The notes under the pieces: model-generated
Database searches by the model: none
Seen by the model: the letters and a program-made list of their open reading frames with translations, nothing else
Told to the model about the DNA's origin: nothing
Part shown: positions 22,965-33,643 of the stretch, piece after piece
Position numbering within the stretch: the first letter of the stretch is position 1
Layout: every line of letters begins with the position of its first letter
Assembly (NCBI GenBank): GCA_045615365.1
Contig: JAZLEQ010000010.1
Span: 1,672-65,671, forward strand
DNA length: 64,000 bases
Source: Alphaproteobacteria bacterium
GTDB taxonomy: Bacteria > Pseudomonadota > Alphaproteobacteria > RF32 > CAG-239
Reading direction: 5' to 3'
Made by a program: the position numbers and the translations under genes

Positions 22965-23483
22965 TTATTCTTCTTCCTGAGCTTCAACAAACTTATTCCA
23001 AAGCTCATCTGTCAAAACCAATTTTGCTTTTGCAACCGTTCTAAACGGAATTTTAAACTCCGCCTCGTCCATATTCAAAGCAATCATCTCATCGCCTTCA
23101 ACGGCAACAATTTTACCTTTAAATCTTTTTCTTCCGTCGACAGGCTCATCTGTTTCAATTTTTGCCTCATATCCTGCAAATCTTTCAAAATGTTCAAGTT
23201 TTGTCAACGGACGATCCACTCCCGGAGAACTGACCTCCAATGAATATTCGCTGTCAATCGGGTCTTTTTCATCCAAAATTTCCGACACTACTCTACTAAC
23301 CGCAGCACAGTCATCGACCACCAAATTTTTTCTGTCTTTACGCTCAATCATAATCTGCAAAACAGGTTTTTGTCCTCCGGTCATCATCACTCTGACCACA
23401 TCAAAACCCATTTCTTCAATTTTGGGCGCAACCAAATCATACACCGGATGCATTTTTTGCATTTTATCGATTCTCCTAAACAA
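22965..23483 (-). CDS. rimP: ribosome maturation factor RimP
   Basis: 172 aa, immediately upstream of nusA, with LEVSSPGVDRPL. The true start may be one of the internal Met codons (M8/M11). Confidence 0.85.
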   Translation of the reverse strand: MFRRIDKMQKMHPVYDLVAPKIEEMGFDVVRVMMTGGQKPVLQIMIERKDRKNLVVDDCAAVSRVVSEILDEKDPIDSEYSLEVSSPGVDRPLTKLEHFERFAGYEAKIETDEPVDGRKRFKGKIVAVEGDEMIALNMDEAEFKIPFRTVAKAKLVLTDELWNKFVEAQEEE

Positions 23484-23593
23484 AAAGCGGAGCTTTCGGC
23501 CCCACTCTCTTTAACTCACACATCTAATATGCAAGAACATATAACACAAAAAAAATAAAAATCCAGTATTTTTTTGCCAATTATTCAAAATTT

Positions 23594-24700
23594 TTATCCT
23601 TCTTCCAAATGAATAAGCAATGTTGTTGCCAACAACAAAACAACTATTGTCGGGGTTGTCACCGCCAAAAACACGGGCAATCCTCCGCCAACGCCAACCG
23701 CATAAACGACCTGTGTCAAAAAATAAGCCGAAAAGCCGGTAGCAATTCCGCTAACAATCAAAAACATAACCCCGCCTCTTCGATTATTGGCTCTCAAAGC
23801 AAAAACCGCAGCCATCAACACCATCGAAACCAAAAACAGCGGCGAAACGAACAAAGACCAAAAGCGCATCTGATGCCGTTGAACAGCGAAACCTGATTTA
23901 TCATAAAAGCTTATAACTCTTGGCAAATTCCAAAAAGATATCGCCTCCGGCTCTACAAAATTTTCTTCAATTTTTTTAATATCGAGCACCGTATCATACC
24001 GCATTGTATTAAAAGTTTCCGTAGGTTCACCTGCCTTGTAAACACTAACATCTTTCAAATCAAAAAAACCATCTTTCAACACTCCGACAAAGGCCTCAAT
24101 TCTTCTCACCGGCTGCGATTTTCTATCCAACTCCAAAACCCTCACACCTCGCAACAACAAATCATCCTTTTCCTGCCTCAATTGATTGGCCTTCAAAACC
24201 ATTATTTTGTCATCATCAATAGCTTCTCTGATCCACAAACCTTGATCCGAAAACAACAAAGCCGACGGGTTTTTAGTATCCATTCTTCTTTCCAGCGTTT
24301 CAAACAAACCGTGTAATTTTGCCGCAATCGGATTAATCAAAGTAACATTCACCACACCAATAATCAAAGCAGCCAAACATAATGGCGTCAAGAATTCCCA
24401 AACTGAAACTCCCGCTGCTCGAATAACCACAAACTCACTGCTTCTGCTCAACTTCCAAAAAGTAATCATTGCAGCAATCATCATAACGAAAGGAAAAATT
24501 TGTTCCACGCTTTTGGGAATGCGTGCCACAGCCAACTGCACGGCGAACCAAATTCCCAATTCCGGATGCCCTGCTATTCTGCGCAATCTTTCCACCATTT
24601 CGAACAAAAAAACAATGCCCAAAACAATAAACAAAACGGCCAAAAAATTAAAAACTATCTGTTTGGTCAAATATCGACCTAAAATGGTTGTCGGTTTCAT
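23594..24700 (-). CDS. lptG: LPS export ABC permease LptG
   Basis: Start chosen at ATG 24700 (MKPTTILGRYLTKQ, the typical LptF/G N-terminus). 6 TM with a periplasmic beta-jellyroll insert. YjgP/YjgQ family. Confidence 0.8.
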   Translation of the reverse strand: MKPTTILGRYLTKQIVFNFLAVLFIVLGIVFLFEMVERLRRIAGHPELGIWFAVQLAVARIPKSVEQIFPFVMMIAAMITFWKLSRSSEFVVIRAAGVSVWEFLTPLCLAALIIGVVNVTLINPIAAKLHGLFETLERRMDTKNPSALLFSDQGLWIREAIDDDKIMVLKANQLRQEKDDLLLRGVRVLELDRKSQPVRRIEAFVGVLKDGFFDLKDVSVYKAGEPTETFNTMRYDTVLDIKKIEENFVEPEAISFWNLPRVISFYDKSGFAVQRHQMRFWSLFVSPLFLVSMVLMAAVFALRANNRRGGVMFLIVSGIATGFSAYFLTQVVYAVGVGGGLPVFLAVTTPTIVVLLLATTLLIHLEEG

Positions 24701-24789
24701 AAAAAAACAATATCTCCGCATCAATAATCTAAAAGCAGATTATGCAATAAAAGTTCTTTTTGCAAGCAAAATTTCAAATCGTTCACTTC

Positions 24790-25710
24790 TTATAAAACAG
24801 ACACATAATTATTTATTGCATCAGGCAAAACAACAACAATATTTTTGTCTTTAAACTTCTCTCTCATTGCCAAATTAACTGCGGCAGTCATTGCCGCTCC
24901 TGCAGAAACTCCTATCGGCAATCCCTCATTTTGAGCCACAACCTTTGCCATATCCCATGCATCATCATCACTCACATCGAAAACTTCATCCACCAGTTCT
25001 TTTTTATAAAAAGGCGGAATAAAACCAGCCCCGATTCCGGGTATATTGTGTTTTCCTGCAACGCCGCCATTCAACACATTACTCTTTTTAGGTTCCACAG
25101 CCACAACATACAAATCCGGATTAGACGTTTTCAAACTTTGAGCAATCCCCATCAATGTTGCCGATGTTCCCACCGAAGCCACCAAAACATCAACATCTCC
25201 ACCCATATCGTTCAATATTTCCATACTGGTTCCGAACAAATGAGCGTTAATGTTTTCCTGATTTTCAAATTGTCGCAACATTTTCACATTTTTCGATTTT
25301 TGGGCCAACATTTCAGCTTTGGCGATTGCCCCTTTCATTCCGTCTTCTTTGGGTGTTAAAATCACGTCAGAACCATAATATTTCACAAGTTTAACTTTTT
25401 CAGCGGGCGTATCTTCAGGCATAACAATCACAAGTTTCACACCTTGCGAAGCACAAAAAGCCGACAACGCCACCCCGACATTTCCGCTAGTTGCTTCCAC
25501 AACAATCGCCTCACCTTTATCATCAATCTCTTGCATCATTTTTTTAATCATTGCAACGGCAGCTCTGTCCTTAATAGAAAACAAAGGATTATAAAACTCA
25601 CATTTTCCGAAAACATTCGCCTTCAACTGCAACTTATTTTTCAAAGCACCGAACTCAAACATTGGCGTTTTACCCACCATATCAAAAACTGATGCATAAG
25701 TTTTCTTCAT
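24790..25710 (-). CDS. cysK: cysteine synthase (O-acetylserine sulfhydrylase)
   Basis: 306 aa, with PLP-lysine context NPLFSIKDRAA and TSGNVGVALS. Confidence 0.9.
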   Translation of the reverse strand: MKKTYASVFDMVGKTPMFEFGALKNKLQLKANVFGKCEFYNPLFSIKDRAAVAMIKKMMQEIDDKGEAIVVEATSGNVGVALSAFCASQGVKLVIVMPEDTPAEKVKLVKYYGSDVILTPKEDGMKGAIAKAEMLAQKSKNVKMLRQFENQENINAHLFGTSMEILNDMGGDVDVLVASVGTSATLMGIAQSLKTSNPDLYVVAVEPKKSNVLNGGVAGKHNIPGIGAGFIPPFYKKELVDEVFDVSDDDAWDMAKVVAQNEGLPIGVSAGAAMTAAVNLAMREKFKDKNIVVVLPDAINNYVSVL

Positions 25711-25822
25711 AACTTGCTTTTCTCCCGATTTTGTTTATAAAACCAAAAAACATATAGACCTCTATAGCAAAAAAATGTTATAATTGCAATTAATAAATAT
25801 ACGAATAAAAAACAGGAACAAC

Positions 25823-26386
25823 ATGGAACTCAAAAAAATTTGCCTAATTTTCGGATTTACATTCTTCGCATTTTCCCAAAATTGCGCAGCATCCAGCCTT
25901 GATGACTTATACCGCGACATCATTCGTTCTGACAACAGCGGCTATCTTCCTTTATTCGTAAAAAACCGTATTGAACCCGAAGCTCCTTTCAGTGAAGAAA
26001 ACTACACCGAAAAAAACGATATCTACACATCGTCATCTCCCAACAACATTCTCAACCTCACATCAGAAGTCAGCAAACGCTCTGCCATACGGCAAGCCCG
26101 CAAACAACAATGGTTAAAAACATTAGCTGCCGTAAAAACCAATCAGGTAACTCCATACGAACTCTACGACATCACATCCCGTGTTGAAGAAAACGACCCC
26201 AAGGCTATTGAGATTTTGGCATGGATGTATACCAAAGGTGTTGGCGTTTCTCCCGACTTTGTTGCTGCATTCAATCTTTATAAAAAAGCAGCTGTTCTTA
26301 ATGTTGCCAACGCTGAAAAAAATGCGTTGCTCGTCTACAAATCCATGAACGACGAACAACGCAGCAAAATACGAAACAGCGACTGA
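25823..26386 (+). CDS. secreted Sel1/TPR-like repeat protein
   Basis: Start moved to ATG 25823 (MELKKICLIFGFTFFAFSQNCAAS, a signal peptide). The C-terminal AWMYTKGVGVSPDFVAAFNLYKKAA resembles a Sel1 repeat. Confidence 0.55.
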   Translation: MELKKICLIFGFTFFAFSQNCAASSLDDLYRDIIRSDNSGYLPLFVKNRIEPEAPFSEENYTEKNDIYTSSSPNNILNLTSEVSKRSAIRQARKQQWLKTLAAVKTNQVTPYELYDITSRVEENDPKAIEILAWMYTKGVGVSPDFVAAFNLYKKAAVLNVANAEKNALLVYKSMNDEQRSKIRNSD

Positions 26387-26398
26387 TTTTCAGCCGTT

Positions 26399-27058
26399 CT
26401 ATTCTTCGGCCTCCCTGACCAACTCTCTCACAAACCCTCTCAAACCTACCTGACGCACTCTCTTCATGCGTTCGCCGGAAATAATTTTTTGAATTTTAGC
26501 AACTGTTTCTTCCAAACTCACATTAACAATCACATAATCAAACTCATCCCAATGACTAACCTTATCAAGAATAATTCCCATTCTCTTCTCAATAATTTCC
26601 TGACTATCAGTTCCGCGGCCTTCCAGTCTTCTGCGCAATTCTTTAATTGACGGCGGCAACAAATAAATCGTAACCACATCATTACCGGCCTTTTCCTTCA
26701 TTTGTCTTGCACCGGCCCAATCCATATCGAAAACGACATCTTGGCCCACATTAATAAAGCTGTCAACTTCCGAACGCAATGTTCCGTAACGCGAACCATA
26801 TTGGGAATCAACATACTCATAAAAAGCATCTTGTTCCAAAAATTTATTATATTCTTCATCTGTAACAAAATAATAATCAACACCTTCTTTTTCGCCTTCT
26901 CTTGGCTGTCTTGTCGTAACCGAAACCGAAAATTTCAGGTTGCTGTCTTTTTTCATCAATTCTTTAATAACGGTTCCCTTACCGGTTCCGGAAGGAGCCT
27001 CAATAATAAACATAGCTCCCTTTCTCACTTTTCTCAAACGATCAATAATCTCATCCAT
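26399..27058 (-). CDS. gmk: guanylate kinase
   Basis: 219 aa, with P-loop APSGTGKGT and TTRQPREGEKEGVDYYF. Confidence 0.9.
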   Translation of the reverse strand: MDEIIDRLRKVRKGAMFIIEAPSGTGKGTVIKELMKKDSNLKFSVSVTTRQPREGEKEGVDYYFVTDEEYNKFLEQDAFYEYVDSQYGSRYGTLRSEVDSFINVGQDVVFDMDWAGARQMKEKAGNDVVTIYLLPPSIKELRRRLEGRGTDSQEIIEKRMGIILDKVSHWDEFDYVIVNVSLEETVAKIQKIISGERMKRVRQVGLRGFVRELVREAEE

Positions 27059-27073
27059 TGTCCTAAACTCCTT

Positions 27074-27976
27074 TTATTCAATATTTTGCACTTGTTCTCT
27101 GAATTGTTCAATCAAGGCCTTAAGCTCCATTCCTCGATTAGTAATCAAAACATCAGCAGCTTTTGAGCAAGTTGTATTAGCTTCTCTGTTCAACTCCTGA
27201 CACAAAAAGTCCAATCTTCTTCCTACTGCTTCATTTGCATTCAATAAATCAAATGCCGATTTTATATGAGTTTTCAATCTGTCAATTTCTTCTCTGATAT
27301 CGGCTCTTGTAATCAACATCACAATTTCCTGAGCCATTCTTTCTTCGCTCACATTCACTTCACCGGCATATTGAGCAATCAGGGAATTCAGTTTTTCCTT
27401 AATTTTTTCAGGCAATGCATCTGCTAATTTTTCAACTTCATCAACAATATTTTCAATTTTTTGCAAAATTGCTTTCAACGCCAGTTCAATTTTTTCACCT
27501 TCTTTTTTTCTGTCTTTTTGCAAATTCTCACAAGCATTTTCAAAACTTTTGCAAATTTCAGTTTTTAACAAGCTCAAATCGTCTTCACTCAAGGAAGTTT
27601 CTTCAAATTCAACCACTCCTTTTTGCGCCAATATTTCAGCTGCTGACGGTTTTGCCAAAAACTCAAAATTTTTTTCATACAGATTTATAGCTTTATCAGT
27701 CAATATATCGAGTAATTCGTCATTAATCTTAACTTTTTTGCACTTATCACCGAAATCAACATCTAAATAAGCCGAAACAGATCCTCTGTTCAATATCTTT
27801 TCAGCCTTTTTTTTCACTTCTATAGCCAAATCATCAAATCCGGCCGGCAATTTGATTTTAACATCCAAACTTTTTCCGTTCACACTTTTAACTTCCCAAA
27901 ACCAACTGATATCACTATCACCTAAGGATATACTTCCGTTAGTTCTTGCAAAGCCTGTCATACTTGCTATACTCAA
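27074..27976 (-). CDS. yicC: YicC-family stress-induced protein/endoribonuclease
   Basis: 300 aa. N-terminal SMTGFAR and C-terminal ELNREANTTCSKA motifs typical of YicC/YloC. Confidence 0.8.
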   Translation of the reverse strand: MSIASMTGFARTNGSISLGDSDISWFWEVKSVNGKSLDVKIKLPAGFDDLAIEVKKKAEKILNRGSVSAYLDVDFGDKCKKVKINDELLDILTDKAINLYEKNFEFLAKPSAAEILAQKGVVEFEETSLSEDDLSLLKTEICKSFENACENLQKDRKKEGEKIELALKAILQKIENIVDEVEKLADALPEKIKEKLNSLIAQYAGEVNVSEERMAQEIVMLITRADIREEIDRLKTHIKSAFDLLNANEAVGRRLDFLCQELNREANTTCSKAADVLITNRGMELKALIEQFREQVQNIE

Positions 27977-28053
27977 AACAACAACTCCTCAAATTAACAA
28001 AATTTGAACATATCATAAACCCAAAAGCTTAAAATTTTTTTAAGGAAAAACAC

Positions 28054-28815
28054 ATGGCAAAATATAATCACATTCTCATAACCGGTGCATCGTCCGGTAT
28101 TGGCGAAGCGCTCGCTCTTCATTATGCAAAATCCGGTGTAAAGCTCCTTTCACTTTGCGGTCGCAATGCCGAACGTTTGGAAAGCGTTGCTCAAAAATGT
28201 CGCCAATCAGGAGCCGAAGTTAATTCTCAAATTCTGGATATCACCGATTCCGCTGCCGCCAAAGAATGGATAAATTCATGCAACGAATTATCACCGCTTA
28301 ATTTAGTTTTTGCCAATGCCGGAGTGGCCACCTTAGAAGAAAACTCCGACAATGTTCGCCGCACTTTCAACACCAATGTAATAGGTGTTATCAACACAGT
28401 GTTGCCGACAATAGATTTGTTCAAACAAGCTCCATCCGCTCAAGAAAAACACATCGCCATAACCGCATCCATTGCCGGCTATCACGGCATGCCGACCTGC
28501 CCGTCATATTCTGCATCTAAAGCTTGTGTCAAAGCATGGGGAGAAGGTCTGCGCTTAAGCTTAAAGCACTATGGCATAAAAGTTTCCACGATTTGCCCCG
28601 GTTTCATCCGTTCCCGCATCACCGATAAAAACACCTGCCCGATGCCCTACTTCATGGAAGCCGACAAAGCAGCTCAAATCATCGCCGAACGCATTGAAAG
28701 AAACATCGGTCTGATTGCTTTTCCATGGCAGATGCGCTTTGCCACTTGGTTTGCATCAATTCTTCCAAATTGCATCAGCGACATCATATATTCAAAATTG
28801 CCATATAAGGTTTAA
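28054..28815 (+). CDS. short-chain dehydrogenase/reductase
   Basis: 253 aa, with TGASSGIGEALA and the catalytic YSASKA. Confidence 0.85.
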   Translation: MAKYNHILITGASSGIGEALALHYAKSGVKLLSLCGRNAERLESVAQKCRQSGAEVNSQILDITDSAAAKEWINSCNELSPLNLVFANAGVATLEENSDNVRRTFNTNVIGVINTVLPTIDLFKQAPSAQEKHIAITASIAGYHGMPTCPSYSASKACVKAWGEGLRLSLKHYGIKVSTICPGFIRSRITDKNTCPMPYFMEADKAAQIIAERIERNIGLIAFPWQMRFATWFASILPNCISDIIYSKLPYKV

Positions 28816-30098
28816 TAGTTTTTAATAGCTTTTGTTTTTATCAAATACCATAAAACAATCAACCCCGGCAAGGCCATAATTGTTGTTGCCGCAAAAAACC
28901 ATTGCCACGAAATTGCAGCAACCAAAAAACCGGAGGTTGCTGCAAACAAATCTCTTGCAGCTCCCATAAATGAACTCAACAAAGCATATTGAGTAGCTGT
29001 ATATTTTTTATTGCAAAGTGAAGACAAATAAGCCACAAAAGCAGCTGTTCCCATACCACCGGAAATATTCTCAATAAAGATATTAAGCATCAAAACTTCC
29101 GCATTATTACCGGCATAAAATTGTCCGACATAAACCAAATTAGACACCCCTTGCAACACACCGCAGACTACCAAAGATTTTACCAAACCGGACCTCTTAA
29201 CTATCAACCCTCCGATAAGAGTTCCAACAATCGTCGCAATCACACCATAAATTTTAATAATTGTAGCAATCTGAATTTTGCTAAAACCCAAATCATCAAA
29301 AAAAGGATAAGCCATTGGAGCCACATAAGCATCACTCATTCTATAAAAAAAGATAAACACCAAAATCCAACCCCATTTTTCTCTTTTCATAAAATCAGTA
29401 AAAGGCTTCACTACCGCATTAACAATTGTAGCTCTCAATGTTTTAGGTTTTGACGCCCTATTTCCTTCCGGCTCCTTAGCAAAGAGTATTGTAGCAAGGC
29501 CAACCACAACACCGGCAGCCATAATCTGATAAACAGCTCCCCAACTCATTGCGCTTGCCAAGAACAGAGCACCGGCTCCGGAAAACAAAACCCCGAAACG
29601 ATACCCCAAAACAAACACGGCAACCGCAGCAGCTTGCTCTTTAGCCTTAAACCTTTCAATACGATAAGCATCCAAAACAATATCTTGCGATGCAGAAAAA
29701 AGAGCTACCAAAAACACCCAAACCAAAAACAACACCGGCGACAATTTTGGATTGGTAAACGACATCGCCAACAAAGCCAAAATCAAAAACATTTGCAAGA
29801 ACACAGCCCATCCTCGTCTGCGCCCCAATTTTTCGAACATCGGCAATCTGAATTGATCTATAACCGGAGAAACCAACCACTTAAAACTATACGGTGCCTT
29901 CACAACCGAAAATAAGCCTATCGCCACCAAAGAAACTCCGGCATCTTTCAACCATAATGAGAGCGTAGATGAAACCAACAAAAAGGGCAATCCGGAAACA
30001 AAACCCAACAACAGCATTACTACCATACGCCGATCAAAATACACCTGCAGAGATTTCATCCACTTCAACAAAATTTTTCTCCTTAAAGTAAACATCAA
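28812..30098 (-). CDS. ampG: AmpG-family MFS muropeptide permease
   Basis: 428 aa, 12+ TM MFS. GRRRGW loop and overall AmpG-like layout. The true start is possibly the internal MKSLQVYF. Confidence 0.7.
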   Translation of the reverse strand: MMFTLRRKILLKWMKSLQVYFDRRMVVMLLLGFVSGLPFLLVSSTLSLWLKDAGVSLVAIGLFSVVKAPYSFKWLVSPVIDQFRLPMFEKLGRRRGWAVFLQMFLILALLAMSFTNPKLSPVLFLVWVFLVALFSASQDIVLDAYRIERFKAKEQAAAVAVFVLGYRFGVLFSGAGALFLASAMSWGAVYQIMAAGVVVGLATILFAKEPEGNRASKPKTLRATIVNAVVKPFTDFMKREKWGWILVFIFFYRMSDAYVAPMAYPFFDDLGFSKIQIATIIKIYGVIATIVGTLIGGLIVKRSGLVKSLVVCGVLQGVSNLVYVGQFYAGNNAEVLMLNIFIENISGGMGTAAFVAYLSSLCNKKYTATQYALLSSFMGAARDLFAATSGFLVAAISWQWFFAATTIMALPGLIVLWYLIKTKAIKNY

Positions 30099-30140
30099 AC
30101 ACCATAATAAACGTCAATTCATAAAAATTAATTAAGACCG

Positions 30141-30181
30141 CAAAAAAGAAGGTCCCGATAAACAGAACCTTCTTTTTTTTT
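30141..30181 (-). terminator. terminator after the hydrogenase operon (bidirectional shape)
   Basis: AGAAGGU / ACCUUCU stem flanked by an A-run and a T-run. Confidence 0.6.
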
Positions 30182-30191
30182 GCAATCAATA

Positions 30192-31955
30192 TTATTTATA
30201 CAAATTTCTCTGACGATATTTTGTATGCAACAAATGATGTGCTTTTTCACCACCCGGTTCGCCTAAAAATTCGGCATAAAGTTGCTTAACTTCTTCATTG
30301 TGGTGCGACAAACGATTCTTCGCCTGTTCATCTTCACAATTCAAACCTTTTGAACGCAACTTACGAATTTCATCAGTAATACCCCATGGTTTAGGCAAAC
30401 ATTGCATCATCACTTTAGGTTGACCGCCACCGGAAATACATCCCCCCGGACAAGCCATCACTTCAACAAAATGATAAGGCAATTCTTCGCCGGCTTCTTT
30501 AGCTGCGTTAATTTCATTCATCACAGCCTCAACATTACCGACCCCATTCACAACCGCAATTCTGATTTTGGTTCCGTTAATATCAACTTCTGCAACTTTA
30601 ACCCCTTCCAAACCTTCAATAGCTTCAAAGTTTGTTGCACCGAGTTCCTTACCTGTAATGTAAAAATAAGCAGTTCTCAATGCAGCAGTCATCACACCTC
30701 CGGTAACACCGAAGATAGTGGCCGCACCGGAATACTCACCCAACGGACTATCAGCTTTTTCACCTTCAAGAGCCTTAAAGTTAATTCCTGCCTGACGCAC
30801 CATCTTTGCCAATTCTCTGGTTGTAATAACCACATCAACATCCTGAAAACCGGAAGAGCTCATAGTTTCATGACGACGAACTTCCCACTTTTTAGCAGTG
30901 CAAGGCATAACCGAAATCACTCTTATTTTCTCGGGAGCGATTCCTGCTTTTTGAGCATAATAAGTTTTAGCCAAAGCACCAACCATTTGGTGTGGAGATT
31001 TACAACTTGAGAAATTACCCAAATTTTCCGGATAATATTTTTCAACATAATCCACCCATGCCGGACAACAAGAAGTAAACATCGGCAAATTATCGTTTTC
31101 TGTAAATCGTCTGACAAATTCCGATGCCTCTTCAATAATTGTAAGGTCAGCACCGAAGTTTGTATCAAACACTTTATCAAAACCGATTCTTCTCAAAGCT
31201 GCATAAATTTTATCAGTTGTATTTGTTCCGAAATCATATCCGAATTCTTCACCCAATGCCACTCTTACAGCAGGAGCGATTTGCACAACTGTCACGGTTT
31301 CTGGGTTTTTAATCATATCCCAAACTTTTTGAGTTTCATCATACTCGACAATAGCTCCCGTAGGACAATGCACGGCACATTGACCACATTTAATACAAGG
31401 TGTATCAGCCAGTTTTGCATCATTAGCTCCGGTAACTTTTGTTGCCAACCCTCTGTTCAAATAGCTCAATGCCCAAACATTTTGAGTATTCTGACAAATA
31501 TCAACACATCTTCCGCAAACAATACACTTTTCCGGATCCAAAACGATTGATTGTGTTGAATCATCAATTTCGTCTTCAGCCAAAATTTTAGCAACATCAT
31601 CTCGGTCTGCACCCAACTGCATAGCCAATTCTTGCAATTCACACTGCCCGCTTCTTGCACAAGACAAACAGCTGTTCGGATGATTACTCAAGATCAATTC
31701 CAACACAGTTTTTCTTGTTTCTCTAAGCTCAGCATCGTTGGTAACAACATCCATCCCTTCCGCGACCGGAGTGCAGCAAGAACGCAATATTCTGCCATTA
31801 ACCTTCACAATACACATTCCGCAACCGGCACTCGGATCAACATCGGGGTGTTTACACAAAGTTGGAATATCAATTTGCACTTTGCGGGCAGCATCCAAAA
31901 TACTGGTTCCGGCTTCAACATCAACTTCAACATTATCAATTTTAAGCTTAACCAT
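30192..31955 (-). CDS. hydA: [FeFe] hydrogenase catalytic subunit (HydA/HndD type)
   Basis: 587 aa. N-terminal 2Fe-2S and 4Fe-4S Cys clusters. All three H-cluster motifs are present: TSCCPAW, MPCTAKK, EVMACPGGCISGGGQP. Confidence 0.9.
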   Translation of the reverse strand: MVKLKIDNVEVDVEAGTSILDAARKVQIDIPTLCKHPDVDPSAGCGMCIVKVNGRILRSCCTPVAEGMDVVTNDAELRETRKTVLELILSNHPNSCLSCARSGQCELQELAMQLGADRDDVAKILAEDEIDDSTQSIVLDPEKCIVCGRCVDICQNTQNVWALSYLNRGLATKVTGANDAKLADTPCIKCGQCAVHCPTGAIVEYDETQKVWDMIKNPETVTVVQIAPAVRVALGEEFGYDFGTNTTDKIYAALRRIGFDKVFDTNFGADLTIIEEASEFVRRFTENDNLPMFTSCCPAWVDYVEKYYPENLGNFSSCKSPHQMVGALAKTYYAQKAGIAPEKIRVISVMPCTAKKWEVRRHETMSSSGFQDVDVVITTRELAKMVRQAGINFKALEGEKADSPLGEYSGAATIFGVTGGVMTAALRTAYFYITGKELGATNFEAIEGLEGVKVAEVDINGTKIRIAVVNGVGNVEAVMNEINAAKEAGEELPYHFVEVMACPGGCISGGGQPKVMMQCLPKPWGITDEIRKLRSKGLNCEDEQAKNRLSHHNEEVKQLYAEFLGEPGGEKAHHLLHTKYRQRNLYK

Positions 31956-31956
31956 T

Positions 31957-33642
31957 TTATTTCTCCTCTGCCTTAGAATTATTATCGGTTAATTTATCTA
32001 AATACTCTTTTTCATAAAATTTAAGAGTAGACAACACCGGATTCGGAGCCGTTTGGCCCAATCCGCAAAGCGAAGCTTTTTGCATTGCTGTTGCGATTTT
32101 CTTCAACATTTCCAAATCTTTCTTTGTGCCTTTTCCCTTATTAATCTTATCCAACAAATTCAACATTTGTTTTCCGCCGATTCTACATGGAGCACACTTA
32201 CCGCAAGATTCGTCAACAGTGAAATCAAGATAAAATTTAGCCAAAGAAACCATATCCGAAGAATCATCAATAACAATCATTCCGCCCGAACCCATAATAG
32301 ATCCGACTTTTTTCAATTCTTCATAACAAACAGGCATATCCATATAATCCTTAGGAATAACCCCACCGGACGGCCCCCCCGTTTGCACTGCTTTAAGCTT
32401 TTTACCTTGCGGAACACCGCCACCGATTTCATTCACAATTTCGTTAATTGTAGTTCCCATCGGAACTTCAATCAAACCTGAGTGTTCAACCTGACCGGTC
32501 AATGCAAACACTTTTGTTCCCTTAGATGTTTCGGTTCCGAACGAAGCGAACCAATCGGCACCTTTAAGCATAATTTTTGCCACATTGGCCAATGTTTCCA
32601 CATTATTCACGCAAGACGGTTTATCCCACAAACCTTTATTAGTAGGATAAGGAGGTCTCGGACGCGGAGTTCCTCTTGCACCTTCAATAGAATGAATAAG
32701 CGCCGTTTCCTCACCGCAAACAAATGCACCAGCCCCAAGTCTGACATCAATATTAAAGCAAAAATCCGTTCCCATAATATTATTGCCGAGCAAGCGATTC
32801 TTTTTACAAGCTTTAATAGCTTTTTCCAATCTTTCAACAGCCAACGGATATTCGGCACGAACATAGAACCAACCTTCGGTAGCACCGATTGCATAAGCAG
32901 CAATCATCATACCTTCAATAACGGCATGCGGATCACCTTCCAAAATTGAACGATCCATATAAGCCCCCGGATCACCTTCATCACCGTTACAAATAATAAA
33001 TTTTTCATCAACAGTCGGAACTTTTGCAGCCAATTCCCATTTCATACCGGTTGAGAAACCGCCGCCGCCACGACCACGCAATCCCGATTTTTTAATTTCT
33101 TCCACGACTTGCGCCGGAGTCATTGTTTTCAAAGCTTTTTCCAAGGCCAAATAACCGCCTCTTGCCATATACTCATATATATCTTCAGGATCCATATGTC
33201 CGGCATTTTTCAGCACCACTTTTTCCTGACGAGTAAAGAAAGGCAAATCCAACGACAAAACATGTTCTTTCAAGTTTTCTGAAAGTTCAACATTCTTATT
33301 ACCCGAAACTGCCGGATAAACATAATTTTCCATAACATCTTTTGCAATATCAAGATTAACCATTTTAAACAAAACATCTTTTTTGTCTTTAATTTCAACC
33401 CTGATAAGAGGACCTTGCGCACAAAGCCCCATACAACCGGTAGGCACGATTCGCACTTTGTCTTCAATTTGCTTTTCGGCAATAATATTTTTAATCAAAT
33501 CCAAAATATCATCACTCCCCGAAGACTTACAACCGGTAGAATGACAACAATAAATATTGCAATCAAACTTTTCAATTTCAGCCAATTTATTTTTGGCCTG
33601 TTCGTGAATATCAAATCTCTTATCCAAATCCATATCGGCCAT
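31957..33642 (-). CDS. hydB: NuoF-like flavoprotein subunit of bifurcating-type hydrogenase (HydB/HndC)
   Basis: Start moved to ATG 33642 (MADMDL) with a GAGGAG Shine-Dalgarno; the upstream gene's stop codon begins at 33644. FMN site GRGGGGFSTGMKW, 4Fe-4S ESCGKCAPCR, N-terminal thioredoxin-like 2Fe-2S. Confidence 0.9.
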   Translation of the reverse strand: MADMDLDKRFDIHEQAKNKLAEIEKFDCNIYCCHSTGCKSSGSDDILDLIKNIIAEKQIEDKVRIVPTGCMGLCAQGPLIRVEIKDKKDVLFKMVNLDIAKDVMENYVYPAVSGNKNVELSENLKEHVLSLDLPFFTRQEKVVLKNAGHMDPEDIYEYMARGGYLALEKALKTMTPAQVVEEIKKSGLRGRGGGGFSTGMKWELAAKVPTVDEKFIICNGDEGDPGAYMDRSILEGDPHAVIEGMMIAAYAIGATEGWFYVRAEYPLAVERLEKAIKACKKNRLLGNNIMGTDFCFNIDVRLGAGAFVCGEETALIHSIEGARGTPRPRPPYPTNKGLWDKPSCVNNVETLANVAKIMLKGADWFASFGTETSKGTKVFALTGQVEHSGLIEVPMGTTINEIVNEIGGGVPQGKKLKAVQTGGPSGGVIPKDYMDMPVCYEELKKVGSIMGSGGMIVIDDSSDMVSLAKFYLDFTVDESCGKCAPCRIGGKQMLNLLDKINKGKGTKKDLEMLKKIATAMQKASLCGLGQTAPNPVLSTLKFYEKEYLDKLTDNNSKAEEK

Positions 33643-33643
33643 A